From contig OZ024740.1 of NCBI GenBank assembly GCA_964016885.1, forward strand, positions 35,092,001-35,156,000: a DNA stretch of 64,000 bases, written 5' to 3'. The notes below the pieces were generated by a model that saw nothing but the letters and a program-made list of their open reading frames with translations, made no database searches and was not told the origin of the DNA. Each line of letters opens with the position of its first letter. The first letter of the stretch is position 1. Positions 50,977 through 63,290 of this stretch are shown one piece after another. The translations under genes and the position numbers were made by a program. Source of the DNA: Eledone cirrhosa. Lineage: Eukaryota.

Positions 50977-51762
50977 TATCAACGCGATGTTGCTTTTTTT
51001 TGTATTCTATGTATTTTACTGTCAAACAACAACACAAACCTTGCTCTCTATTTTATATTTTACTGATTCCCTCTCATCGTCATGATGTACTTGTACTGTT
51101 GAACGTCTTGTGAGGTAGGTCTAGAGACAAATGTGTGAAATGATTGTAGTTAATTTCCAGTTTGTAATTTAATAACTAAGTGGTTAAGAAGTTACAAGAT
51201 ATACTAAGGTAAATAAGAAGTTTAAGCAGAAAAATAGATTATTAGTTATTTAACTCTCTCATTACCATATTTCTAATGTACACAGTATATGTGTTTCAAT
51301 GAAGACAACATATTAAGTAGAAAATCAAACTTTCCAGTTGTTGTCTTCCTGTTTCTTCTACAACTACAACGATACGCGATGGGGCCCACCAACAGCCTCG
51401 GCGGACAGAATGGAGAAGGCGTTTCCCCGGAGGACGGCAAGGGAGACGCGCTGGAAAAGCCACTCCAACTCGCGGGGCTCACACCTGCTCTGGCCAGCTC
51501 AGAGCCTATGGTGGTGAGTAAGGAGGTATCCCTGGTGCCAACTAAGTGGTTTAAGATTGATGTAGAGGTGGGATTGTTGTTGTAGTGCTTAGCATGTAAG
51601 CTGGAGGTTAGGAGCTATAGTGAAAAGAAATAGCTGGACATGATATTAAGTAGAGAAGTATGTAGACTGATTGAACTACTTGAGAGAGCGAGGGAGGAGA
51701 ATATAGGTTGTCAGCCGATAGTTGTACGCCATAAATATCCTTTTTGTTCTTTTTCATTATAG

Positions 51763-51960
51763 GACACTTTCAAGAGTAAGGTTGAGTTTAAAGAAGTTGA
51801 ATTTAACTATCCAAACCGTTCAAATATCAAGGTTCTCCAGGGTTTGGATTTAGAAGTGAATCAAGGTGAAACTTTGGCCCTTGTTGGTAAGAGTGGTTGT
51901 GGAAAAAGTACCTGTATGCAGTTAGTTGAAAAATTTTACAATCCCCTTAAAGGAGCAGTG
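51763..51960 (+). CDS. ABCB1: ABCB1-like exon, 198 nt (NBD2 A-loop and Walker A): [47 protein letters not shown]
   Basis: atag/gtaagt boundaries; FNYP and GKSGCGKST. Confidence 0.97.
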
Positions 51961-52485
51961 GTAAGTATTATATTTTTTCCTAATGTATTTAACTGCCCTT
52001 GTTCTATTTTCATTCCGTCTGCAAAAAGAAGATAAATATCTGTGTTAGGTTAAAGTGAAATGACAGACGTTTTTATCTGGTTAAAACAGATATTTAAGCT
52101 ACAAATAAATATTTTCTCTTTGTTCAAGAAAACATTTGTCTTACATTATATTTTACTAGCAGACCCCCTCCCCCCGCCCCCATTCTGGTGGTTTTCTGCT
52201 AGCATGTGTAGTGTGCATATTGATATTATACGCAAGTATATATGCATGTAGATATGATACATCAAATAAAATCGTAATTGACAATATACACAGAAATTGA
52301 ACGAAGACTACATTACACTGTCTTATGTAATCAGTAACGTAATCCATGATACATTAAAAAAAGACGATATTATATATAAACTGCATTAGGAGAAAATTAG
52401 TAACGGAAATATATCAATGTTTATTTAAGCGATCGCTAACCGGAAGTGTTGACATTTGAAAATGTTAAAGAAGTGAATCTTTAAA

Positions 52486-53158
52486 TCTAAACTATAATAA
52501 AGGGACTGCGTACGGTTTATAATTGTTTATCCCATTAGTAAAATAAGTTGGATTGCTTTGAATAAATAATTGTTTCTACTTTAGGCACAAGGCCAGCAAC
52601 TACCCAGTACATTACTGGTACTTTATTTTATCGACCCCGTAAGGATGAAAGGCAAAGTTAACCTCGGCGGGATTTGAACTCAGACTGTAAAGGGACGTAA
52701 CTATGCTAGAAAGCATGGCGTCCAACCCTCTACCGATACTGCCAATTCACCGCCCTTTGCTTTGAATAAATAATGAATGAATATTACATAATTTATCTAC
52801 TAAATTTCGTGGCTGTTGATTAAATATATTTTGTTTATTTAAAGATTCACTTCTTTAAAATTTCTGAAATGTCAACACTTCCGGTTGACGATCGCTTAAA
52901 TAAAACATACTAATTTTCTGTCACTAATTTTTTCCTAATGTAGTTTATATATAATATCGTCTTTTTTAATGTATTATGGATTACGTTACTGATTACATAA
53001 GACAGTGTAACACAGTCTTCGTTCAATTTCTGTGTATATTGTCAATTACGATTTTATTTGATGTATCATATCTACATGTATATATATTTGCGTATAATAT
53101 CAATATACACACTACACATGCTAGCAGAAAACCACCCGAAGAGTGGTTTTTCTGCTAG
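52486..53158 (+). mobile_element. Non-autonomous Helitron copy B nested in copy A
   Basis: A|TCTAAACTATAATAA ... AAAACCAC-CCGAAGA-GTGGTTTT-TCTGCTAG|T; the empty site GAATCTTAAAA/TAAACAA is seen in copy C. Confidence 0.85.
52571..52756 (-). mobile_element. Main SINE inside Helitron B, 18-bp TSD
   Basis: TSD TTGCTTTGAATAAATAAT at 52553-52570 and 52757-52774. Confidence 0.92.
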
Positions 53159-53518
53159 TAAACAATAAAATATATTTAATCAACAGCTACGAAATTTAGT
53201 AGATAAATTATGTAATATTCATTCATTATTTATTCAAAGTAATCCAACTTATTTTACTATTTAGTTTAGATAATTGACACAAAGAATATAAAAATGAGAA
53301 ATTTGAAATAACTGTTTTATGGTCAAAACGTATAAAGAGACTAGTAAATGTGTAGCTTGTTTTAAATCAATTTAAGAAATGTTTACTGAACAAATGTGGT
53401 CATGTTTGAACGCAATGATTTTCAGGCATTTACTGGTTACTGTAAATTTCAACATCATATGGAATTCGGTATTAGAGCACACAGAACCAGAACAGATACT
53501 GCAAAGCAGTTATAACAA

Positions 53519-53961
53519 CTAGCAGGAAAGCCACCCCACAGGCGGTTTTCTGCTAGCATGTGTTGTGTGCATATTGATATTATATGCAAATATATATACA
53601 TGTAGATATGATACGTCAAATAAAATCGTAATTGACAATATGCACAGAAATCGAAGAGAGTCTGTGTTACACTGTCTTTTGTAATCAGTAAAGTAATCCA
53701 TGATACATTTAAAAAAGACGATATTATATATAAACTGCGTTGCGGTGTATTGACATTTGAAAATTTTAAAAGAAGTGAATCTTAAAATAAACAATCATTA
53801 TATATAAGAATACTTATGTTTAATCAACAGCTGCGAAATTTAGTAGATAAATTATGTAATATTCATTCATTATTTATTGAAAATAATCCAACTTATTTTA
53901 CTAACGGGATTAAAAAATATATTCAGGACAGTACTGCACCCCTCCCTTTATTATATTATGA
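53519..53961 (-). mobile_element. Non-autonomous Helitron copy C
   Basis: Minus strand A|TCATAATATAATAAAGGG ... CCTGCTAG|T. Confidence 0.8.
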
Positions 53962-54070
53962 TTCCATCAAACATCTTGTCTGATGCTGCAACAATTCTAT
54001 CAAACATCTTGTTTGACGTTGTAACAATTCCATCAAACATCTCGTCTGACGTTAAAACAATTCCATCAAT
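53961..54070. repeat. 33-bp tandem repeat, about 3.3 copies
   Basis: ATTCCATCAAACATCTTGTCTGACGTTGTAACA. Confidence 0.8.
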
Positions 54071-54217
54071 CCATAGCCCCTTGGCTAATATTTATCGTTT
54101 CAAAAAGTATAAATTGCAAAGTTGACCCCATTGGCGTTCGAACTCAAAGTGCAAAGAGTCAGAGCAAAATGCCTCAAAACATTTTATTACGACGGTCTGG
54201 TGACCCTACCAGTTTTA

Positions 54218-54430
54218 CCACCTTAATCAGAAGGCATTACTAGATATTCCCCCGAATCAGAGTGTATTGTTAGCTATCGTCCCTTAATCAAAGTGTATTA
54301 CTAGTTATTTCCCCTTAACGAGAGTGTATTGCCAATTATTTCCCCTTAGTTATGTTATAATATTGCAGTAATGACCCTGCTGATTTTATTACCTTAATCA
54401 GAGTGTATTGCTAGTTATTTTCCGTTAGTC
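54218..54430. repeat. Degenerate tandem repeat, unit about 30 bp
   Basis: CCTTAATCAGAGTGTATTGCTAGTTATTTCC recurring about 5 times. Confidence 0.7.
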
Positions 54431-54820
54431 CTTATTTCCTATTATGATATCACTCTGCTTATACACACGAAAAATATATTCTTATTTCTCAAGCCATTAT
54501 TGTCTGGCAGTTCTGGTATTTTTCCCTAATATTTATACTCACAACAAATAATTCCACAATATTGCTAATTTTTATATAATTTCTAGATCCTATTCTCTTC
54601 CCAAAACCTCTACTTTGAGACGATAACATTCTAATGTCTTGTGTCCATGTTAATTCTCTTATTAGTATTTAACAAATATAATTATACATTTTCTACAAAT
54701 ATAGCAAATCTTTAACTTTGAAATACAGTTGGATTAATCTTTTTCTAATTTCTTCTTCGTAGATCTGAAGATTTGGTGGGCTCTATTTTAACATAAAAAA
54801 ATATTTTTCTGTGATTTCAG

Positions 54821-55027
54821 TTCCTTGACGGCAAAGATCTGAACGAATTAAATATTAAATGGCTCCGTCAACAGATTGCCATTGTCTCACAGGAACCAGT
54901 TCTATTTTCCTCTTCAATCCAAGAAAATATTGCTTATGGAGATTTGTCGAGGACAGTAACATTTGATGAAGTTGTTAATGCTGCTCAGAAAGCAAATATT
55001 CATTCATTTATACAATCTTTACCTGCG
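54821..55027 (+). CDS. ABCB1: ABCB1-like exon, 207 nt (Q-loop): [52 protein letters not shown]
   Basis: tcag/gtaagt boundaries; VSQEP.LF and ENIAYG. Confidence 0.97.
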
Positions 55028-55147
55028 GTAAGTTTACTGGGTTATTCATTGGTATGATGTTATCTTAATAACAATATGATGTTGTGGATGATGGTGATAA
55101 TCATGGATCCAGTTTTGATCTACCTTACTACTACTACTAATAATAAT

Positions 55148-55319
55148 TGTTTCTACTTTTGGCACAAGGCCAGCAATTATCCCAGTACTTTATTTTATCG
55201 ACCCTGTAAGGATGAAAGGCAAAGTTAACCTCGGCGGGATTTGAACTCAGAATGGCAAGGGCCGTAACTCTATGCGTCAAAGCATGGCGTCCGACCCTCT
55301 ATCAATACTGCCAATCCAG
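55148..55319 (-). mobile_element. Main SINE with 13-bp TSD
   Basis: TSD TACTAATAATAAT at 55135-55147 and 55320-55332. Confidence 0.9.
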
Positions 55320-56009
55320 TACTAATAATAATAATGAAAATTATTGTGTACAGTGCACTACAACTCATCAAAGGTGCATGTATAGTACATAGAATAATTT
55401 AATAATAATAATGAAATTATTATGTACAGTGCTCAAGTGCACTACAACAGAGACTGATATATAGAGATTTAGCCTTATAAAACTCAAGCTTTAGTTGTGT
55501 TAAGCTCTTTTAGATGCCACTAGATGTCTTTTCATTCATTCAAATCCTTCCACAAGAGTTTCACCCTCTCTTCAAATATTGGATTACATGTTTTCTAATG
55601 TCTAGGAATGTGGGTTTCAAGTTTTCAACAAATACAACAAACCCATAAATTTAGTTTATAGTACGGTTGGATTAATTTATTTCTGGTTTCTTTATCGTGG
55701 TTCTCTTGAAGATTTAGTGGATTATATTTGAGAGATATTAACACAATAAATTATATTTGGAAACATTGCATATGTTGTTTCTCATTTAGTACATTTATAC
55801 AGTTTTAATTTACAATTTTACATTGTTGTATGAAATTCTAATTGTTATTATTAATTCATCTTGTTTAGAGTACACTTGCTGTACTCTATCAAAGTTATAG
55901 TTATAAGTCTTACCATTTTATTGCTAATAAGTTTTGGAAAGTAAAGGCACTATCTTCGGAACTTTGTGCATGTAGGGTTTATTTGCTTTATATCAGGTTC
56001 CATTTATTG

Positions 56010-56260
56010 GTGTGTGACAGAATATGTTACTTCTAATGTAATGTCACTGGTTTTATCATATTTTTAGCCGTGTGTATCTTACTTCTAATGTGTTATTACT
56101 GGTTTTATCATATTTTTAGTTGTGTGTCAAGAGTATCTTACTTCTAATATAATGTTAGTGGTTTTATCATATTTTTAGTTATGTAACACCATATCTTCTA
56201 ATGTATTATTTCTGGTTTTGTTATATTTTTAAGCTGTGTGTAAAAGTGTTTTACTTTTAC
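56010..56260. repeat. Degenerate tandem repeat, unit about 51-60 bp, about 4 copies
   Basis: TTACTTCTAATGT..CTGGTTTTATCATATTTTTAG..GTGTG. Confidence 0.75.
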
Positions 56261-56705
56261 CTTTCCTGAATATAATTGTATAGTTCAATTTTAAAGGTTT
56301 TCATAAACCATCTTTAGCTGAACAAAGTATTTTCTCCTGCTCTTAGGATATATATACACTATGAACGTCACATTTCAGCAATGTAGTCTGAATTGATGTT
56401 TCACTGGTTTTGCTTTATCTTTTTTAACTCCTAGTTTACCAGACAGAAGCTATAATTTACTGCCTTAACTACTGGGATGTTTATTACACCCATCTTAGGG
56501 TTTTATTTAAATGTTGTCATGTATTGAACTCGTATTGAGTGTTGTATAATTGTTTAATCATTGAACGACAGCCAGTCATATCACAATCACATGATTCAAG
56601 TGTACTCATGTATTTTGCCTATGTATTATGCTTCAGCTAAACGGGGTACACAGTTCTTTCTGTCACCACAGAATTAGGCTCAGTGTTATTATTATATGCT
56701 TGCTT

Positions 56706-56910
56706 AGTGCAGTGGATTGGCAGAACTGGTAGAGCGTCGGATAACAAGCTTAGTGGCATAGAGTTACGGCCCTTTGCGTTCTGAGTTCAAATCCCGCCAA
56801 GGTTTCTTTTGCCTTTCATCAATAAAATCAAGTACCAGTAATGCACTGGGGTCAATTTAATGGACTCCCATCAAAAAATTTCTGGCCTTGTGCCTAAAGT
56901 AGGAATAATC
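56706..56910 (+). mobile_element. Main SINE with 15-bp TSD
   Basis: TSD ATTATATGCTTGCTT at 56691-56705 and 56911-56925. Confidence 0.9.
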
Positions 56911-57136
56911 ATTATATGCTTGCTTCAGTTCAATAATTCTATAGTTTGACAGTTCTACAGTTTATTGTGCTTCATTGTGTCGAAATAAACATTTATAAAT
57001 TACTCTTCCTCGTTCAATTACCTCTGCACATAGGGAAATAAACAAGACATAACAAATTTGTTACATTTGAATTATGCTACTGTGTCAGATATAGTTCAAA
57101 TGAATACTTTCATTTTTGTTTGCTTTTTAAATGTTT

Positions 57137-57515
57137 CATCATCACCATCATCATCACCGTTTTACGTCTGTTCTTCCATGCTAGCATGGGTTAGACGGGT
57201 TGTCCTGTTGTGGGCAGTGTCTGGTCAGCTGACCATGCCTTGCTCATACAGGAACTGATTTTGGCTTGATTTCTACAGCTGGACGCCCTTCCTAACACCA
57301 ACCTCATTTTCAGTGAGTGATGGGTGCTTTTTTTCCGTGGCGCCTACACGTCCACTTTACAGTGTGAGCTGGGTGCTTTTTTTTTGCCGTAGCACCTCCA
57401 CAACCACTTTTCAGTGGGAGGGTGTGGGGGCATATTGTCTATATGCTTCAGCTTGTACCCATGGCAGGTCGGGTACTCTGTATTACTGCGTGACGCCAGA
57501 GGTCACGGTCGTGTT
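57137..57515 (-). mobile_element. RTE 3' end fragment, same family as the downstream long copy
   Basis: Reverse complement of about 62055-62420, including the (GAT)n tail. Confidence 0.9.
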
Positions 57516-58048
57516 TATCTTTTCTGTATCAAACTATTTTATTGCACAGTAGATTTCATTCTCAGTGTTTACTACTTTGATTAACCTACTTCTACTGAAC
57601 TTCCTATAGACACATATGTTAACTTCAAACTTCAGCCGTATGAATGTCATTCATAAACTTATACACATTGTCACACAAAACCTAGGTCTCTTTCTGTACA
57701 ATTTAGGCAGATCTCCCTTGAATATTCAATTTCTGATTACACTGTGTCCATTTAATTATTTCTTCTATGTGATTTAACTGACTGACCAAAGGCTTACCGC
57801 TCTGAGTCAGAAGTCAGGAAAAGGTAATTTGTGGAAGACCAGCAATCACCCAAGCATGTAATTCTCCCCGTCCGCCTATATATACGGCAATACACAACAA
57901 AAATTAAAAGCAACACACACACTTACATGTTCCCCTTTTTCTCTATTTTCTTTTTCCAATCTTTCTATTTGTACTCTCCTGACGAAAGACTAAAGTCCGA
58001 TACATTGAACTTTTTTCTCTTTCATCCAAACCTAATAACATTAATTGT

Positions 58049-58228
58049 GGATTGGCAGTATCGGTAGATGGTCGGACGCCATGCTTTGCAGCAAAGAGTT
58101 ACGGCCCTTTATGGTCTGAGTTCAAATCCCGCCAAGGTCAACTTTGCCTTTTATCCTTACGGGGTCGATGAAATAAAGTACCAGTAATGTACTGGGTAAT
58201 TGCTGGCCTTGTGCCAAAAGTAGAAACA
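58049..58228 (+). mobile_element. Main SINE with 9-bp TSD
   Basis: TSD ATTAATTGT at 58040-58048 and 58229-58237. Confidence 0.88.
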
Positions 58229-58265
58229 ATTAATTGTTTTTGTATCTCTGTGTGTTTGTCATTAC

Positions 58266-58416
58266 ATATAATTGTTTCTACTTTAGGCACAAGGCCAGCA
58301 ATTACCCAGTACATTACTGGTACTTTATTTCATCCTTACAGGGTCGATAAAATAAAGTACCAGTAATGCACTGGGTAATTGCTGGCCTTGTGCCTAAAGT
58401 AGAAACAATTATATAT
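58266..58416. mobile_element. Head-to-head SINE 3' ends forming a hairpin
   Basis: Arms of about 65 bp, each ending AGAAACAATTATAT. Confidence 0.85.
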
Positions 58417-58552
58417 ATACTCCCCTATCTCTACCTATTCAACTCCATTCATCTTGAAACTATTGGACAGATAAGACCCTTTTTCCCTTATCTGCTAAAA
58501 TATATCATTAGAGTTGATTTCATTTCGTTCCGGCCACCCATCCATACAAATC

Positions 58553-61500
58553 TTCGAAGGTATCTTAGTTAGTTTTTATGACGTTATTATTGTTAATATT
58601 ACTACTGTTTTTCTGCTGTATTATTGATAAATTTTCGAAGGTATCTTAGTTCCTATGACGTTATTATTGTTAATATTACTGCTGTTTTAACTTCGGATAT
58701 TTACCATGCGGTATTCTAATTCTATCGTATCTCTCTCGGTTATTTACCATGCGATCCCCAGTGCCTACCTCACAATTTCCCTCACACCACCATAGCCTAT
58801 TCGACCAATCAAACCTCAGCATGCCATTTCCACGACTGCTGCTACTACTACCTAACTAACTCTCTCCTCCTCTGGCGCAGCCCAACACACCCTGCCATTA
58901 TCCCACCACCACTGTTCTTCTAGCCCTCAATTTTCCCACCGTTATGGATGGATGAGCTGAGAATAAATTTGAGCAACTCTGAATCAATAGATGAAATATG
59001 AATCTGCGAGCTACCAAGCACCCACGTGAAGCGCCAACCCAGAGACCCTCCCCTACGAGTGTCGACAAATGCCCAAAACTCCGAGTTGGTACCATCAATG
59101 TAGGCTCAATGAAAGGAAGAGCAGGAGAAATCGTAGAAATGCTAGAGCGAAAGGAAGTTGATGTATGCTGTGTGCAAGAGACAAGATGGAGAGGAGAGTC
59201 TGCCAGAGTCCTCGTAGGAAAAAGTCGGTGCTACAAATTTTTCTGGATGGGAAATGACGATGGGATGGGTGGTGTAGGTATACTACTAGCTGACAAGTGG
59301 GTAGATAAAGTAATCTCAGTGTACAGGGTAAACGCAAGAATCATTAAACTCAGACTAGTCCTGAATAAAACAATTACCACAATAATATCAGCTTACGCAC
59401 CCCAATCGGGGCTGCCAGACGAACTTAAGGATAGGTTTTACGAGTCCCTAATACACACTACTGCTCTAACAGACGACAAGGACTTCCTAATCATCGCAGG
59501 AGATTTTAACGGACACGTAGGTAAACACTGCGACGGCTACAATAGAGTACATGGAGGCCATGGGGTTGGCACAAGAAATGAGGAAGGATTCAGACTTCTA
59601 GAATTCTGCGACGCCAATGACATGTCGATATGTAACACAAACTTTAAAAAACCCGACAACTACCTGATCACCTATAGATCAGGGGAGCACTCTAGTCAGT
59701 TAGATTTTATCCTCATCAGAGGACGTGACAGATGGACGGTCGTAAACACAAAAGCCTTCCCTAGTGAGGAATGTACATCCCAACATAGCTTAGTTGTCAG
59801 CGACCTCACGGTCAGAACTAGACGAGCCCTGAAACAGAGGCCAACCTGGAGAAGAAAGATCTGGAAGCTGAAAGTCCCCTCAACCAGTAACAGATTTAAA
59901 GATATTTTACTCAACGCCTACGACAGTAAAGAAGAACAGATAGAGACATTTAATGTAGAAGAGAACTGGGAGTTCCTAAAAAATAATTTACTAGAGGCGA
60001 CGGACGAGGTCTGTGGCTGGAGTAAGACCTCAAGCAGGAGGAGAGTGACTTGGTGGTGGAACAATAAGGTAGATGAAGCAGTCAAGGCCAAGAGACAGGC
60101 ATGGAAAGAATGGAAGAACGGGGGGAGCAGGGTACATTACATAGAGACCAAGAGGGAAGCTAGGCGACAAGTATACTTAGCTAGGAGGGAAGCAGAGGAT
60201 AGAAAATTCAAGCATGTTTTACAACGTGAGGACCAGAAACAGGAGGTATTCAAGATTGCGAGGCAGTGTGTCAGAGATAGTTGTGATGTCATTGGAGAGA
60301 AGTGTATCCAGAATGATAAAGGTGAGCTTGCCCTCGCAAGTGCTGAGAAGAAAGATGCATGGAAGAGTCATTATGATAGATTACTAAATGAGGAGAATGC
60401 ATGAGAAGAAGAGACCCTACCCCAAGTAGACCCTATAGAGGGACCAGCAGTACAAGTCAGCGGCAGCGTAGTAAGTAAGGCAATCAGAGATATGAAGATG
60501 GGGAAGGCAACCGGTCCATCGGGTATAGCTGCCGAGATGCTGAAGGCATCTGGGTCTGTAGGTCACACTATAACCACACGTATCGTTAACCAGGTAATAC
60601 TAGAAGGGGCCATACCAAAAGATTGGTGCAGTAGCATCATTGTCAACTGCTACAAAGGTAAAGGCGATGCACTAGATAGAGGAAACTATAGAGGTATAAA
60701 GTTGATGGACCAGGTCATGAAAGTAACAGAAAGAGTTATAGCACAGCTGATTAGGGACCGGGTGAAAATAGACGAGATGCAATTTGGGTTTGTACCAGGA
60801 AGAGGCACCACTGATGCCCTCTTCCTTGTGAGGCAATTACAGGAAAAGTACCTAGCTAAAAGTAAGCCACTCTACCTGGCATTTGTCGACCTTGAGAAAG
60901 CCTTTGACAGAGTTCCACGCGCTGTAATCTGGTGGGCTCTTAGAAAACTAGGAGTAGATGAATGGCTTGTGAAAGCGGTACAAGCCATGTATAGGGGAGC
61001 AGTCAGCAAAGTTAGGATTAGCAATGAGTATAGCGAGGAATTTAGCGTACAGGTTGGGGTCCACCAGGGCTCTGTTCTTAGCCCTCTCCTGTTCATCATA
61101 GTCCTGCAGGCAATAACAGAGGAGTTTAAGACCGGATGCCCATGGGAACTCCTGTATGCTGATGACCTCGCACTCATAGCTGAATCTATGGTAGAACTAG
61201 AGAATAAATTCCAAACCTGGAAGCAGGGACTAGAAAGAAAGGGTCTCAAAGTCAACATGACAAAGACTAAGGTCCTTGTAAGTAGACGAGAAAACAGAAC
61301 CCAGATCCCCTCAGGGAAATGGCCTTGCTCAGTATGTAGGAAAGGTGTAGGTAGGAACTCCATTCTCTGCCCCAAATGCAAACAATGGGTACACAAGAGA
61401 TGTAGCGGGATCTCAGGAAGCTTAATTAAGAATGTAGGATTCACATGCAGCAGCTGTGCTGAGACAGCAAACAGCAAACAGCCACAGGAAACAAGTACCA

Positions 61501-62405
61501 CCAATCTCTGGGAGGGCCCTGTAGAAACAGTTGACAGCTTCTGCTACCTAGGTGACCGAATTAGCAACGGAGGTGGGTGTTCAGAAAGTGCAATAACTAG
61601 GGTAAGAACGGGATGGAAGAAGTTTAGGGAACTACTACCACTGCTAGCTGAAAAAGGCTTCTCCCTCAGAATGAAAGGCAGACTGTATGATGCGTGTATC
61701 CGAACAGCGATGTTGCATGGTAGTGAGACCTGGGCGCTGAAGTTGGAAGACTTACGTAGATTAGAGAGAAACGAAGCCTGCATGCTCCGATGGATGTGCA
61801 ACAATAATATACATGAACGACAAAGCATAAATGAATTGAGAGAGAGACTGAGCATAAGAGGAATCAAATGCTGTGTGCAGGAGAGGCGGTTGCGCTGGTA
61901 TGGACATGTGATACGTATGAAGGATGATAGCTGCATAAAAAGGTGCAGAGTACTAGAAGTTGATGGAAACCGCGGAGTGGGGAGACCCAAGATGACCTGG
62001 GATGAGGTGATAAAAGCCGACCTTACCCAATTACACCTCTCAAAGACAATGACACACGACCGTGAATTCTGGCGTCACGCAGTAATACAGAGTACCCGAC
62101 CTCCCATGGGTACAAGCTGAAGCATATAGACAATATGCCCCTACGCCCCCCACCGCAAGGTGGTCGTGGAGGTGCCACGGAAAAAAGCACCCAGCCCACA
62201 CTGTAAAGTGGACGTGTAGGCGCCACGGAAAAAATGTACCCAGCACTCACTGTAAATGAGGTTGGTGTTAGGAAGGGCATCCAGCTGTAGAAACCAAGCC
62301 AAATCAGTTCCTGTATGAGCAAGGCATGGTCAGCCGACCAGACACTGCCCACAACAGGACAACCCATCTAACCCATGCTAGCGTGGAAGAACGGACGTAA
62401 AACGG

Positions 62406-62438
<33 letters not shown>
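58553..62438 (+). mobile_element. Near full-length RTE-clade LINE: APE-RT ORF 58998-62120 broken by one TGA; (GAT)n tail; 5' boundary approximate
   Basis: TINVGS, VQETR, SAYAP, AGDFN, LDFI, SQH (APE); NYRGI, DLEKAFD, GVHQGS, YADD, YLG (RT). ORFs 58998..60404 and 60492..62120 are in the same frame. Confidence 0.96.
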
Positions 62439-62439
<1 letters not shown>

Positions 62440-62559
62440 AATATAGAAATGGCTTCTACAGGACTAGAACTGTTTCATTCGAAGGAAATCATCAGAGCTT
62501 TCCTGATGATTTCCTTCGAATAAAACAGTTCTAGTCCTGTAGAAGCCATTTCTATATTA
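62439..62559. repeat. Near-perfect hairpin, arms about 57 bp, each starting with CTGATGA
   Basis: TAATATAG..AATCATCAG-AGCTTTC-CTGATGATT..CTATATTA with one mismatch. Confidence 0.88.
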
Positions 62560-62621
62560 AATATTTTATATATACTACTGTGTATTCAGTACCTTACAGT
62601 GGTTACCCCCAATTGAACGCA

Positions 62622-62706
<85 letters not shown>

Positions 62707-62818
62707 GACACACTCACGAAGCATTATGATAATAACGAAAAGTCAATGAAAAGGAATTGCTCATTGCTTTACGAATTATATATCTTTAAATTTGTTAATT
62801 TCAATATTTCATCTTTAG

Positions 62819-62983
<165 letters not shown>

Positions 62984-63058
62984 TAGCTCTTTTCTTATTT
63001 GTTTTCATCTGCACACTTCTTACAAATAGTTACAATTCATTGCAGAGTTTTGCTTTAA

Positions 63059-63290
63059 CCCTTTAACATTCAAACCAGCCATATCCAGCCAAAATTCTCT
63101 CACCTTTTTCTGTTGAAACCGGCTGTAACCAGCCCCTCATACTGATGTTAAGCTATTGTTCTCAAAATAAATAATATCAAAATTTCATAGATTCAATATT
63201 ATGTGAAATAATATGCGAGATATTATGTGAGATAAAGCCTTTACTGTGAAAATATAATAGTAAATATAGAGTAATATGAATGCTAAAGGG
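63059..63290. mobile_element. piggyBac-type MITE
   Basis: TTAA|CCCTTTAACATTCA ... TGAATGCTAAAGGG|TTAA (13/14 TIR match). Confidence 0.88.

Larger units (their letters stand above)
52156..53270 (-). mobile_element. Non-autonomous Helitron copy A (host of copy B)
   Basis: Minus strand A|TCTAAACTA ... hairpin ... CTGCTAG|T, no TSD. Confidence 0.8.

Noticed and set aside
51273-51720. GC-richer patch with short ORFs before the Walker A exon
   Set aside because: No recognisable domain, and the ABCB1 frame needs no extra exon here. Probably a decayed repeat, left unassigned.
57975-58012. CTGACGA..GAC-TAAA-GTC..GATA hammerhead candidate
   Set aside because: GAAA is mutated and helices I and III are absent; at most a dead relic.
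60402-60404. Selenocysteine or readthrough TGA in the RTE ORF
   Set aside because: The paralogous copy has TGG (Trp) here, so a simple G-to-A change or sequencing error explains it. No SECIS element was recognised.
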